Below, piece after piece: positions 17,943 to 27,808 of a stretch of DNA of 64,000 nucleotides. The position numbers and the translations under genes were made by a program. Below the pieces are notes generated by a model that was not told the DNA's origin, ran no database searches, and saw only the letters and a list, made by a program, of their open reading frames with translations. The DNA comes from a virus (taxonomy: Duplodnaviria; Caudoviricetes): positions 1,329 through 65,328 of IMG/VR virus record IMGVR_UViG_3300049924_000176; one strand, given 5' to 3'. The first letter of the stretch is position 1; each line of letters opens with the position of its first letter.

Positions 17943-18611
17943 ATGCCACAAGCACCAGACTACATGCAGCCAGCCCAGCCAGCTCCCTCAAACAGTACAC
18001 AACTCGGTTATGGTAGCCAAGTCCACCCTTTCTGGAAAGCCCTGGAAGGTGTGGTCAATGGACTACGGGGAGCCCAACTATCCAGTAACACCCCTGTGTG
18101 GGGTATGCACGAGCCTACTGTCATGGCAGGCGCAGGAGTCCAGCAAGGTCTCCAGGGAGCCAACCAAGTCATGGCTGACCCCCGTAATGCTTGGATGGGT
18201 ATGGGGCCAGCAGCAGGGATGGCCTTGATGGGTAGGGGTATACGAGGAGCAGCCCAGCGAGTCATCCCAGAGATGGGTGGTTACAGGGTAGCTACAGGTG
18301 ATATGCGCCAAGCCCTAGACATCCCACGACCGAATCTCCGCATGGGTGAAGTGCCAGGGGGTAATGAACAAGCACTTCGTATGGGCTATGTAGATAATGC
18401 AGAAGGTATCAACAAGCTCGGCTCTATGCTATCAGACCCCACTCACCCTAACTTTGGGGCAGCCAAACAACTCTTCGATATGCTCCCCTCAGACCACAAG
18501 CGACTCGTCGCGGATACCATGCAGAACAACCTTGAACTCCAGCAAGCTGTCCTCAAGGCCCAGCAAGGATTAGGTGGTGGGGCTCCACGACCCCTTGGCT
18601 ACGGCCAGTAA
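17943..18611 (+). CDS. Gly/Met/Gln-rich hypothetical protein upstream of TerL
   Basis: 222-aa ORF packed between small genes and TerL. Confidence 0.65.
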   Translation: MPQAPDYMQPAQPAPSNSTQLGYGSQVHPFWKALEGVVNGLRGAQLSSNTPVWGMHEPTVMAGAGVQQGLQGANQVMADPRNAWMGMGPAAGMALMGRGIRGAAQRVIPEMGGYRVATGDMRQALDIPRPNLRMGEVPGGNEQALRMGYVDNAEGINKLGSMLSDPTHPNFGAAKQLFDMLPSDHKRLVADTMQNNLELQQAVLKAQQGLGGGAPRPLGYGQ

Positions 18612-18614
18612 TCT

Positions 18615-20306
18615 ATGGCCACAAAGGATCGTAGTCTAGCAGCAGCCCTCTCTGAGGCAGGGGAATCACCCCAATGGGACTGGTCTAAACTCCCAGCCCA
18701 AGAAGCCTTCATCAAGTCTACTGACCGCTTCACCATGAACAGTGGGGGATTTGGTACAGGTAAAACCAGTGGATTAGTCGCCAAGGTCCTACTACTTCTC
18801 CTCATCCCCAATAACCTAGGCTATCTCGGTCGGTTGGACGGTAAAGCCTTACGAGCATCGACAATGCAATCATTGTATGATATGCTCCCTAAGGAATATC
18901 TCAGTCAGCATAATGACCAGAAGGGGTTCCTCAAGCTCAAAACAGAGTATGGCGGTGGTAAGCTCATCTACGGGGACTTCAAGGACCTAAACGACCTCAA
19001 GAACATTCCCCTCGGCTTCTTTGCTATCGACCAAGCTGAGGAAATCGGGGAGGATGTCTGGAAGTACCTTGTAGGCCGGTTACGCCGCAAGAACCCCATC
19101 CTGAATAACAATCTACGGCAGTACTGGGTCCATGGCCAGTGTCCCAAGTCAGAGACTAGACACTTTGCGCTCCATGGGGACACCCAGTGCCGCCTGTGTT
19201 CAGCGGACCTCCCACCCCTAGATGAGCGCATCCCCAAGGGTATGTACTACCCAACTTGGGATCTGCTCTGCTACAACACTTACGGGTTTGGAGCCTGCAA
19301 CCCTGAAGGACCCTCACACTGGATCTTTAGATACTTCCCTGGACTCCCAGGCAAGCATGGCATCTCGGGCCCAGGTGAGAAGGGCTACAGGGCTTTCCAT
19401 GCTACAGCATGGGATGGCATGAACGCAGGCTATATCGGTCGTGAATATGTCGAAGACATGGAGGCGCTCTATCGCAACCTGCCTCTCATGTGGGACCGCT
19501 ACCTAGAAGGGAAGTGGGTTGAAGCTGAAGGACTGGTATACCCCTCATGGAAGAGGGAAGAGTCACTCATCCCACGACATGCCACTAAGCATGATGGTAC
19601 TGCTCTTTTTGATTCTAATGATGATTGTTACGAGTGGATTGATCATGGTCTCGCTGCGCCCACCGCAGTAGGTTGGGTGTTGATCAAGGAGTGTGATTGC
19701 GGGTGTAACCAGCTCAACTACTTTGTGATCGACGAGCATTACGAAGGTGAGAGGACCGTCAATCACCATGCCCAGCAAATCAAGGCAACACGCGAGAGAA
19801 TCCCTTACCAAGTTAAGGGCACGTACCTTGATAGCCAAGCCTTCAGTCGAACCCTTATGGGGCAAACCGGCACCGCTCGCGCAGACCAGTTGTACAGCGT
19901 GGCTGATGAATACATGGATCATGGGATCTATCCGGTGGCTAATCAGAAAGATTGGGATGCGGGGTACAACAGGATCAACGAACTCCTAGCTCTAGACCCC
20001 AACCACCTCCATCCTGTGACAGGGAAGCAGGGAGCACCACACCTATTTGTCCTCGATAAGTGCAGTAAGTTTGTAAGTGAAATCGAGGGGTACAAGTGGA
20101 AGAAAGCACGGAACTCACTCGTTGGGCAACACAGTGAGGAACCCATGGATGGTAATGACCACCACATGGACGCACTCAATGGATTCTTGGCTAGCCGCCC
20201 TATGGATATCAAATGGTCTCTCACCTCACAAGCACCAGATGATGAGTGGGATATTGATGCAGATATGAACCTACACGGTGCTCATTCTAGTCATATGGGG
20301 TATTAA
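18615..20306 (+). CDS. terL: Terminase large subunit
   Basis: Walker A GGFGTGKT, FAIDQAEE, GRLR, CNPEGP, nuclease IDHG, YLDS, DHHMDA. Confidence 0.93.
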   Translation: MATKDRSLAAALSEAGESPQWDWSKLPAQEAFIKSTDRFTMNSGGFGTGKTSGLVAKVLLLLLIPNNLGYLGRLDGKALRASTMQSLYDMLPKEYLSQHNDQKGFLKLKTEYGGGKLIYGDFKDLNDLKNIPLGFFAIDQAEEIGEDVWKYLVGRLRRKNPILNNNLRQYWVHGQCPKSETRHFALHGDTQCRLCSADLPPLDERIPKGMYYPTWDLLCYNTYGFGACNPEGPSHWIFRYFPGLPGKHGISGPGEKGYRAFHATAWDGMNAGYIGREYVEDMEALYRNLPLMWDRYLEGKWVEAEGLVYPSWKREESLIPRHATKHDGTALFDSNDDCYEWIDHGLAAPTAVGWVLIKECDCGCNQLNYFVIDEHYEGERTVNHHAQQIKATRERIPYQVKGTYLDSQAFSRTLMGQTGTARADQLYSVADEYMDHGIYPVANQKDWDAGYNRINELLALDPNHLHPVTGKQGAPHLFVLDKCSKFVSEIEGYKWKKARNSLVGQHSEEPMDGNDHHMDALNGFLASRPMDIKWSLTSQAPDDEWDIDADMNLHGAHSSHMGY

Positions 20307-20308
20307 CA

Positions 20309-22447
20309 ATGGCAAAGCAGGTTAAACCCCGCAAGGCGGTTGGCGACCAATCGGAATCAGGCGCATTAGTCGATGCTGATAGGCTAGGCCTCCTGCAAGG
20401 GTATCTCAGGACCTTCTTTACTGCTACTGAAGTTGCACGCCCTAAATGGATGCGTGACTATGACATGGCAGAGGGTGGGGGTAAGCAGTGGTTGAACAAG
20501 GATAGGCTACTCGTACAGGCTACGGGGAGACCTGCGTTAGAGTTTAACCAGATCCTCCCTCAAGTAGAGCTAGTGACTGGTATGCAGCGAGGGCTCAACC
20601 TAGACTTTGGGGCATTACCTAGAGGCCTAGAAGATCGCAGGCTAGGTGAGATAGCGACGGGGTGCCTCAAAGCCGCTACTGAGTTTGGCCGTGTCCAGCG
20701 TGTTACCGACAAGGTATTTGATGATGGCACGATATGCGGGCTTGGTGTCTGGGAAGTCCTCCATTCCATGGATGATGCCGATGACCTTGTGTGGGGTGAT
20801 ATCACTGTTAGTCGTATCAACCCTCTTGCCTTCATATGGGATGTGTGGAGTACAGAACCAGACTTCCAAGATGGTGAATTCGCAGGTAAGGCTACTTGGC
20901 TCAGTATAGACGCCTTCAATGCTAGATACCCCGGTAAAGAGCACCTTGCTAAACCAGGTGAATGGCTAGCCAGAAGCCAACACTACCTCTCTTCCAGCGC
21001 AGGTATGGGCACAGGTCCTAACCTCCTCAAAGAACTCTATGACCATGAAACAGGACGCATACGCCTCCTGACCATGTGGCATAAAGTACACAAAGCGATC
21101 AACCTCATCATAGACAGCGAGACTGGGCAAGTTCAGGACGTAGCCAGTAAGAACCAGGGTGAGGAAGCCCTTGCACAATATGCCGAACAGTATGGCAAAC
21201 AAAAGACTGCCCAACTTAGTGTCATCACCCAAGACGCTACAACATTCATCGTTGATAACCTTACTGGCCAACCTGTTCCAGCCGACCAACAGGGCACACC
21301 ACTACAATATGCCGACCCCAAAGCTGCCTACGACTATGTGGACCAACTCTCCAAGACAGCAGGTATGGAGATCTACGACCGATTCAGCGTAGTCAGTCGA
21401 AAAGCTCGTGTACCAGAGTATACCGAGATGGTCTGGTGGGAGATCCTCGATAGTGGTAAGAGCCCTAATAATGACCGCCTTTACCCCTATGTACCGTATG
21501 TTTCTCGACAGCTGAGCGATGATCCTGAGAGTATCATGGGCATCGTGCGTAACCTGCAAGATCCCCAGGATGAGTACAACAAACGCTACAGCAACATCCT
21601 TGCGCACCTGAATAGCTCAGCCCATAGTGGCTGGATGAACAGGCGTACAGGTGGGGCCAATAAGTCTCAACTTGAATTACTTGGTTCCAAACCAGGTATT
21701 GTGGTAGAATACGGAAGTCTTGCCCCTGTCCAGATCAGACCCGTTGAACTCTCAACGGGTCACTTCTCCATGCTACAACATGGCGAACGGTCCATCCTGC
21801 GTATCAGCGGTGTCAATGCGGAGATGGTAGGGCAGACCACGCAAAGTACAGTTAGTGGACGGGCCATAAGAGCGCGGCAAGAAGGCGGGTCTACTATCCT
21901 CAAACCCCGCTTTAGGAACTTTGAGGAAGCCCAACTAGACCTTGCCCGTATGATCCTGAGTCGTATCCAGCAGTATTACCCTGTTGAAAAGATCAAGCGT
22001 ATCATTGGTGTTACAGAGTTATCGACCCCACTGGGGGCACAAGGCCAGCCACTATTTAGTGATCCTACTTCAGGCCAACCTCTCCCAGACGACCAAGTGA
22101 TGACTTTACTCACCACTATGAAGAACACTCGGTTTGATTTGGTACTTAACTTAGCTCCTGCTACTGCAACAGAACGCCAGGCCCAGTTTGAGCAGGCCGT
22201 ACAGTTGGCAGGGCTATTAACATCTAGCGGTAAGCCACTCGGTTCAGCTACTCTCCAGGCCATGATTGATCTCTCTGAGATGCCTACTCGTCTTGCTGAA
22301 GGTCTCAAACGTGATGCAGAACAGGAACCTATGCCAGGAATGGTTCAGCCAGGTGGGCAGAATGAACAGGTCCAGCGCATGATTGAGAACGTGCGGGGTG
22401 GTCGAGCTGGTGGCGGAGAAGGCGTGATTGGGTCACCAGGACAATAA
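20309..22447 (+). CDS. Portal protein (P22 gp1-like)
   Basis: GRPALEFNQI, GIVRNLQDPQDEYNKR, SGRAIRARQEGG; follows TerL. Confidence 0.9.
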   Translation: MAKQVKPRKAVGDQSESGALVDADRLGLLQGYLRTFFTATEVARPKWMRDYDMAEGGGKQWLNKDRLLVQATGRPALEFNQILPQVELVTGMQRGLNLDFGALPRGLEDRRLGEIATGCLKAATEFGRVQRVTDKVFDDGTICGLGVWEVLHSMDDADDLVWGDITVSRINPLAFIWDVWSTEPDFQDGEFAGKATWLSIDAFNARYPGKEHLAKPGEWLARSQHYLSSSAGMGTGPNLLKELYDHETGRIRLLTMWHKVHKAINLIIDSETGQVQDVASKNQGEEALAQYAEQYGKQKTAQLSVITQDATTFIVDNLTGQPVPADQQGTPLQYADPKAAYDYVDQLSKTAGMEIYDRFSVVSRKARVPEYTEMVWWEILDSGKSPNNDRLYPYVPYVSRQLSDDPESIMGIVRNLQDPQDEYNKRYSNILAHLNSSAHSGWMNRRTGGANKSQLELLGSKPGIVVEYGSLAPVQIRPVELSTGHFSMLQHGERSILRISGVNAEMVGQTTQSTVSGRAIRARQEGGSTILKPRFRNFEEAQLDLARMILSRIQQYYPVEKIKRIIGVTELSTPLGAQGQPLFSDPTSGQPLPDDQVMTLLTTMKNTRFDLVLNLAPATATERQAQFEQAVQLAGLLTSSGKPLGSATLQAMIDLSEMPTRLAEGLKRDAEQEPMPGMVQPGGQNEQVQRMIENVRGGRAGGGEGVIGSPGQ

Positions 22448-22449
22448 CT

Positions 22450-22885
22450 ATGGCTAAGAAGAAGCTCAAGGGGATCAAGCGGTTCAGTTACACAGCAGCA
22501 AAGAAGGTGGGCAAGAAGATGCCCTCATTTGGGTTCGGGAAGAAGGCCTTTTAACCAGGAGTAGAATTATGCCAGGTAGTGAACAGTACCCCAAGGACCG
22601 TGTGGCGCAGAAGTCGTATGAGAGCGGCGGAGTGGAGAAGAGCGGAAATGCCCCTAAGGATGTGGGTGGTAAGGAATCTATGAAGACTGGCCGTGCAGGG
22701 GGTGGCAAGGAGTAGGTATGGCCAAGCCTAACTCCAAAGCCCCCCTCGGTCAAGGTGGGCGGTTTGCTGCGCTCAAGCAGAAGTTAGCTAAGCAAGGTGT
22801 AAAGGACCCTGCTGCGTTAGCTGCTAGTATTGGGCGTAAGAAGTACGGGAAGAAGCGGTTCCAGTCGTTTGGGTATGGTAAATAG
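22450..22885 (+). other. Three tiny ORFs: 22450-22554 (34 aa), 22569-22715 (48 aa), 22718-22885 (55 aa); the first and third are very Lys-rich
   Basis: Manual translation; tight spacing; third has GGRFAALKQKL..GVKDPAALAASIGRKKYG. Confidence 0.65.
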
Positions 22886-22903
22886 CGGCGTGGAAGGAGT
22901 TCT

Positions 22904-23347
22904 ATGGATGATGATTCCTTTGCAAAAGAACTCCAACTACAACTCGCATACTGGCAAAAGGTACTCTACCTCCAAGATTGGACGGTAGACCTACGCATCT
23001 CTCGGCAGTGGGAGATGTTAGATGCCGGGACACTTGCAGAATGCCACTGGTTCTTAGAGCGCAAGGACGCAATTATACGAGTCTTGGCACCCGCAGACCT
23101 AGGCGGACTGGCAGACAAGTTCCTGAATGATGAAGAATGCGACTACGACATCTCACTTGTCCATGAGTTACTTCACCTACACTTTGCAGCCTTCTACACT
23201 GAAAAGGATGAAATAGCTCACGAGCAAGTCATTAATGCTATCAGTCGAGGATTGGTGAAAATATGGCGGGAGAACGAGCAAAACTCCCCCGTGATCGCAA
23301 ATATCGTTGTGAAGCCACCAAGTGAAGTGGGTGGGCATTACCTGTAG
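22904..23347 (+). CDS. HExxH zinc-metalloprotease-like protein
   Basis: WQKVLYLQDW...LVHELLHLHF...E motif. Confidence 0.6.
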   Translation: MDDDSFAKELQLQLAYWQKVLYLQDWTVDLRISRQWEMLDAGTLAECHWFLERKDAIIRVLAPADLGGLADKFLNDEECDYDISLVHELLHLHFAAFYTEKDEIAHEQVINAISRGLVKIWRENEQNSPVIANIVVKPPSEVGGHYL

Positions 23348-23459
23348 GTAGCAAGTGCATGAGCACACGGGCGTGTTCTAGCGGGTCGCCGCCGCTCTCT
23401 CTTATGTGAGTCACATAAACACCGTCGCCGGGTGAAACGGGCGTCAAGGAGTACGACGA

Positions 23460-24419
23460 ATGGCTGATACAGTTCAGGAGACAGAAACAAAGGGTGAAAA
23501 CATTCCCGCAGCAGACGAGCCACTTGACCTTGCTGCGATGTTTAGTCCCCCTGCGGTCGAAGAGATCCCATCAGAAAAGGGCGTAGAAGAGAAACAACCC
23601 GAGTCGCCATCGGCTGAAGAGAGTGACGATCCCAAAGAGTTACAGGCCAAACTTGTTGCCATCACCAAAGAACTCTCCCGTGTCCGCAAGGGCAAGGCTG
23701 AGTCGAGCGCAGAAGTCCAGGAAGTTCGTGAACACCTAGCGAATCTCCAAGGCCAACTCGATGCTCTGTCTAAAACCAAGACCTCTACTGAAGAGTCGAG
23801 TAATCGTCTGGCCAAGTATACTGATGAACAGTTACTTCAAGGTCAGACTGAGTGGGAAGAGGCAGTCGCAGATGCCACGTATGCCAAACGGAAAGCACGA
23901 GCCGATCAAGATGATGCGGCCTACGAGAAAGCAGAACGAGCACTCAGCACTGCAAAGTCTACCCTCATTGCCATTCGTGCCGATTTGTTGGAGCGAACTA
24001 AGCGTGCCGGGTCGAAGAGTGTAGAGGCGCAGACAGAAGCGAATGAAATCGCCACTACAATCACTGAGCTGTATAACAAGGCTCATGAGGCCCTCCCTGA
24101 ACTTGGTGACAAGGAAAGCGAGCTGTGGAAAGCAGGCAACGAGGTCTATAACCGGCATACCAAGCTCATGAAACAGCTTGGGCCGTTGGCTGAGTTGGTT
24201 GCTACCTCAATCGCCATTACTGAGAACCCGAAGCTATTACCAGGGGGAAACAAGGGTAAGGAGGCACGTAAAGATTTGCTTAAAGAAATTAACGACCACG
24301 TTGACAAGTCTCTAATCAAAGGGAAGGGCACACCAAACAAAAAGGTGGTCACTGACTTTGCTGCCTTGCCAAAAGCCCAGTTTGAAAGGCTAATCCAGGA
24401 ATTAAAGCAGGGTGGCTAG
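23460..24419 (+). CDS. Capsid scaffolding protein
   Basis: Acidic N-terminus, coiled-coil character, directly before the capsid gene. Confidence 0.75.
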   Translation: MADTVQETETKGENIPAADEPLDLAAMFSPPAVEEIPSEKGVEEKQPESPSAEESDDPKELQAKLVAITKELSRVRKGKAESSAEVQEVREHLANLQGQLDALSKTKTSTEESSNRLAKYTDEQLLQGQTEWEEAVADATYAKRKARADQDDAAYEKAERALSTAKSTLIAIRADLLERTKRAGSKSVEAQTEANEIATTITELYNKAHEALPELGDKESELWKAGNEVYNRHTKLMKQLGPLAELVATSIAITENPKLLPGGNKGKEARKDLLKEINDHVDKSLIKGKGTPNKKVVTDFAALPKAQFERLIQELKQGG

Positions 24420-24443
24420 AGACAGAAGGAATAGTTAGTTATT

Positions 24444-25451
24444 ATGGCGAATCTAACAACCGCATTTACAGATGGTTCATCTTCGGACGCAACGCAGAGC
24501 TTGTTTAATACCTTGCTCTTGCGCCGGGGATTGCCGATGCTTATTCACCAGGTCGGTGTCAAAACTTACCCCTTGTCTCAGCGATCTGGCAAGACAATGA
24601 TTTGGCGTCGGTTTGAGGAATTGGCTGTGGCTACGACTCCCTTGAGTGAAGGTATCAACCCAGCCGGTAAGGCGAAAACCAAAACCGATGTGTCGGCGAC
24701 AATTGCCGCCTACGGTGACTACATTGAGGATAGTGACCTTGTGATTTCCACTCAGCCGGAACCGCACGCGGTTGAAAATGTGGAGTTGCTGGGTGAGCAG
24801 ATGGGCCGCACGTTTGATCAGCTCTATCGTGATACGTGGGCTGGGTTGACAAACACCACATTTGCAAACGGTACTTCTACAGTGACCGTGACACAGATTG
24901 CGGACCGGAACGATCTGGACCGTGCCTATCGTTCTCTTGTGGGCCGTAATGCCCTCAAGTTTACGCCGATGATTATGGCTGGCCAGAACATTGGTACCAT
25001 TCCGATCATGCCCGCATATTGGGCCATGTGCGACGAAGATGTGGCATTCGACCTTCGCCATATTGATGGGTTCGCGCTGACAAGCGAGTATGCGTCTGGC
25101 ACGGGTATTCTTGAAGGTGAGTTCGGTGCAGATAAGAACGGTATCCGGTTCCTCGGTAGCTCGCAGGGTTATGTACTACCGGGTGCGACTGGTGTAACCG
25201 CCGCAGGAACAGATGTGATTAACACGGGTGGATTTGTTGACGTGTATAGCATCTTTATTGTGGGCCGTGACTTTGCCGGTGGCGTGAGCCTGGCTGGTAG
25301 TAACGGAAAGGTTATTACCAAAGCGTTGGGTACTGCTGGTCCGGCTGATCCTCTCGAAATGCGACAGACTGTGGGATGGAAGAAATATGATGCGCGTGCA
25401 ATCCTGAATCAATCCTTTGCACAAGAGATTCAGTGCGCTGCGTCACTCTAA
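24444..25451 (+). CDS. Major capsid protein (N4-gp56-like family)
   Basis: GKTMIWRRF..L....PLSEG..P, YGDY, DPLEMRQTVGWK. Confidence 0.88.
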   Translation: MANLTTAFTDGSSSDATQSLFNTLLLRRGLPMLIHQVGVKTYPLSQRSGKTMIWRRFEELAVATTPLSEGINPAGKAKTKTDVSATIAAYGDYIEDSDLVISTQPEPHAVENVELLGEQMGRTFDQLYRDTWAGLTNTTFANGTSTVTVTQIADRNDLDRAYRSLVGRNALKFTPMIMAGQNIGTIPIMPAYWAMCDEDVAFDLRHIDGFALTSEYASGTGILEGEFGADKNGIRFLGSSQGYVLPGATGVTAAGTDVINTGGFVDVYSIFIVGRDFAGGVSLAGSNGKVITKALGTAGPADPLEMRQTVGWKKYDARAILNQSFAQEIQCAASL

Positions 25452-25463
25452 TAACGTAGGGGA

Positions 25464-25486
25464 GCCGGGGGCTTAATGCCCCCGGC
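25464..25486 (+). terminator. GC-rich hairpin after capsid gene
   Basis: GCCGGGGGC-TTAAT-GCCCCCGGC; no clear U-tract. Confidence 0.5.
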
Positions 25487-26206
25487 ATTCTAGTATATGG
25501 CTAAAGACACGGGCATCCACTTCTATAAAGTCGTCATTAATGGTGTCACACTGCGTAAAGGCTTCATGGGTCAGCAAGGGAAACATGAGGCTGAGGCCAT
25601 GGCTGAGCGTTGGCAAGGGTCCCATAGTCAAGGGAAAGGGTTACTGAAACATAAAGATCGAGGAGATTATGTAGAAGTCAAACGTGACTATGAGGGGGAG
25701 AAGGATTACGCAGAGCGTATCGATGTAGCTCAGCGGGGGAATCCTCAACGTATCGTCATGGAGTACGATTCAGTTTATACACCATAAGGAGGTTCTATGA
25801 GTGCTGTCCGTGTGAGAAACATTACCTATGTATTAACCGGGTCAGTGGCCGGGACGAATGCCCAAGGGCATCAAGTTCGTGACATAAAGTATCGGCTGGA
25901 ACCCAATGTGTGGACAGAAGTTCCTGATGAGGTCTATGAGCAGTTATACAACAAGTTTGGGAACTCCAGATTTTCTGAAGCCCCTAATTCCTTACCAGGG
26001 CAGGCAGGTGAGTATACTGTTGCGCCGGGGCAAACACGAGCTGAGCAGGTCAATTCACAGTATCTTATAGAGTTTCGTAAGTAAGTAGTAGACTACACTA
26101 CTACTATGGCAGGTATCAAAACTAGCCTGAGACTTTGCCATCTATTCCAAGAGCTAGGTTATCAATCACGCTGGGGGGCATTGCCCTTTCCATAAAGGAG
26201 TAGACT

Positions 26207-26527
26207 ATGGCAGTTGCAACACGCATCGCAGATACAACCCGTGGGCCGTTCATCGGTAAGTACACAGGTACAACCGCTGCCCAGAACATCCATATTGGTT
26301 TTAAGCCTGGGTACATCAAGGCCACCAACCGCACTGATGGAGATACGGTGTGGGAATGGTATAAGGACGACGTGGCGAACGTCATCGTGACCACGACAGC
26401 GGTAGCGTCTTCGGCTATTGCTGTGGCGCAAGTGGACAACGGCACCGTCCTTGGATTCTCACTGCCGTCTAACGCGGTAGTCAACGAGGATGCAAAGGTG
26501 TTTGTATTCATCGCTTTTCCTGAATAA
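26207..26527 (+). CDS. Putative virion (capsid decoration) protein
   Basis: GKYTGT...IHIGFKPGYIK pattern; AAGGAG RBS. Confidence 0.55.
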   Translation: MAVATRIADTTRGPFIGKYTGTTAAQNIHIGFKPGYIKATNRTDGDTVWEWYKDDVANVIVTTTAVASSAIAVAQVDNGTVLGFSLPSNAVVNEDAKVFVFIAFPE

Positions 26528-26548
26528 CGAAAGGAAAGGAGAATACAC

Positions 26549-27220
26549 ATGCCTAATACAATACAATCATACAATCGGTTAAAACATGACGCTCGACTCG
26601 TGTGGAGACCGGGGCGTATTTATATCCCGGTGTGGCAATTTTCTGGGTTAGACTACGAAGCGACAGGCGCGGCAGACATCAAATCTGCTGGTACTGGTAC
26701 ACCGTCTGCCACAAACCTTATTGTGACGGAGATCAACACCAGCGGTGTGACGGCTGTGAACATGACAACAGCCGCAAACTCTATCAATCATTTGATGGAA
26801 GTACCTGCGGATATGGACCTTGCGCAACCTCTGTACGTGAGTGTGTATTGGACAGCCAACAACACCTCAGGATCTGTTGACTGGAACTTGGCTTACAAGC
26901 CGATTATCCCAGGTACAACGGTATTGGGTTCGGCTGAAGCTGCAACGGCATTCAGTTCAGACCCAGGTGCACATACGATGGCGGGTGTCGCATTTACGAT
27001 TATGCGGACACCAGAAGCCAAGCTCAATGGCGGGGCTCTTGCTGAAACCACTGAAATGATTCAGCTTGCTGTCATCATGAACGCGTTAGTGACAATTACC
27101 ACCGTGTCACTCATCGGAATTGCTGTGCGATATACACCACGACGGTTGTGGGGGCCTGATGGCATGGGTCATGAAGCAAAGGCTCCAACATTCATCGCTG
27201 GTAAAACATACGCCAACTAA
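26549..27220 (+). CDS. Putative virion structural protein
   Basis: 223 aa, beta-rich, in the head module; followed by hairpin 27233-27254. Confidence 0.55.
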   Translation: MPNTIQSYNRLKHDARLVWRPGRIYIPVWQFSGLDYEATGAADIKSAGTGTPSATNLIVTEINTSGVTAVNMTTAANSINHLMEVPADMDLAQPLYVSVYWTANNTSGSVDWNLAYKPIIPGTTVLGSAEAATAFSSDPGAHTMAGVAFTIMRTPEAKLNGGALAETTEMIQLAVIMNALVTITTVSLIGIAVRYTPRRLWGPDGMGHEAKAPTFIAGKTYAN

Positions 27221-27267
27221 CCCCTAACAGTGGGCCCCCCAGCAATGGGGGGCCTACAAGGATAACT

Positions 27268-27795
27268 ATGAACGCATGGATGAAATACCTCATAGCTATT
27301 GTTGGGGTACCCCTATTGGTGTTTGGCATAGCCCTCACTGCTATGTCAGTCACTACAGAACAGGTTGGGTTAGGTGGTAAACAGGTCTATAGCTATGACA
27401 CAGTGACAGGTTTTGCCAGAATGCAGGTGGTCATTGATGACATCCTAGTACTGGCGGGTGGAGAGCATGTGGGGGCGACCGAAGCTGAGGGCTACCAACG
27501 AGTGAGGGGTGACTTCCTTTCTAGCGGTGAAAAGACGGCTGATGCACAGATTAAAAGCTCAGCAGGGTATGTGGATCATATGATCTGTGCTGGCACTGAC
27601 AATGCCGCAGTAGCAGGCACAATTATTCTCTATGACAACACAGCAGAGAGTGGTACGGCAATCTACACATTACGTATAGCAGCCTTAGATTATCACATAC
27701 CAATGGTACTTCCTATACAAGTCGCAACGAGTACAGGGATTTACCTTGGCTATACCACCACAACTGATGTTAACTGCGAAGTCTACTACCGCTAA
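27268..27795 (+). CDS. Virion-type protein with N-terminal signal/TM segment
   Basis: KYLIAIVGVPLLVFGIALTA; C-terminal GTIILYDNTAESGT motif. Confidence 0.6.
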   Translation: MNAWMKYLIAIVGVPLLVFGIALTAMSVTTEQVGLGGKQVYSYDTVTGFARMQVVIDDILVLAGGEHVGATEAEGYQRVRGDFLSSGEKTADAQIKSSAGYVDHMICAGTDNAAVAGTIILYDNTAESGTAIYTLRIAALDYHIPMVLPIQVATSTGIYLGYTTTTDVNCEVYYR

Positions 27796-27808
27796 GTGGG
27801 GGCATGAC

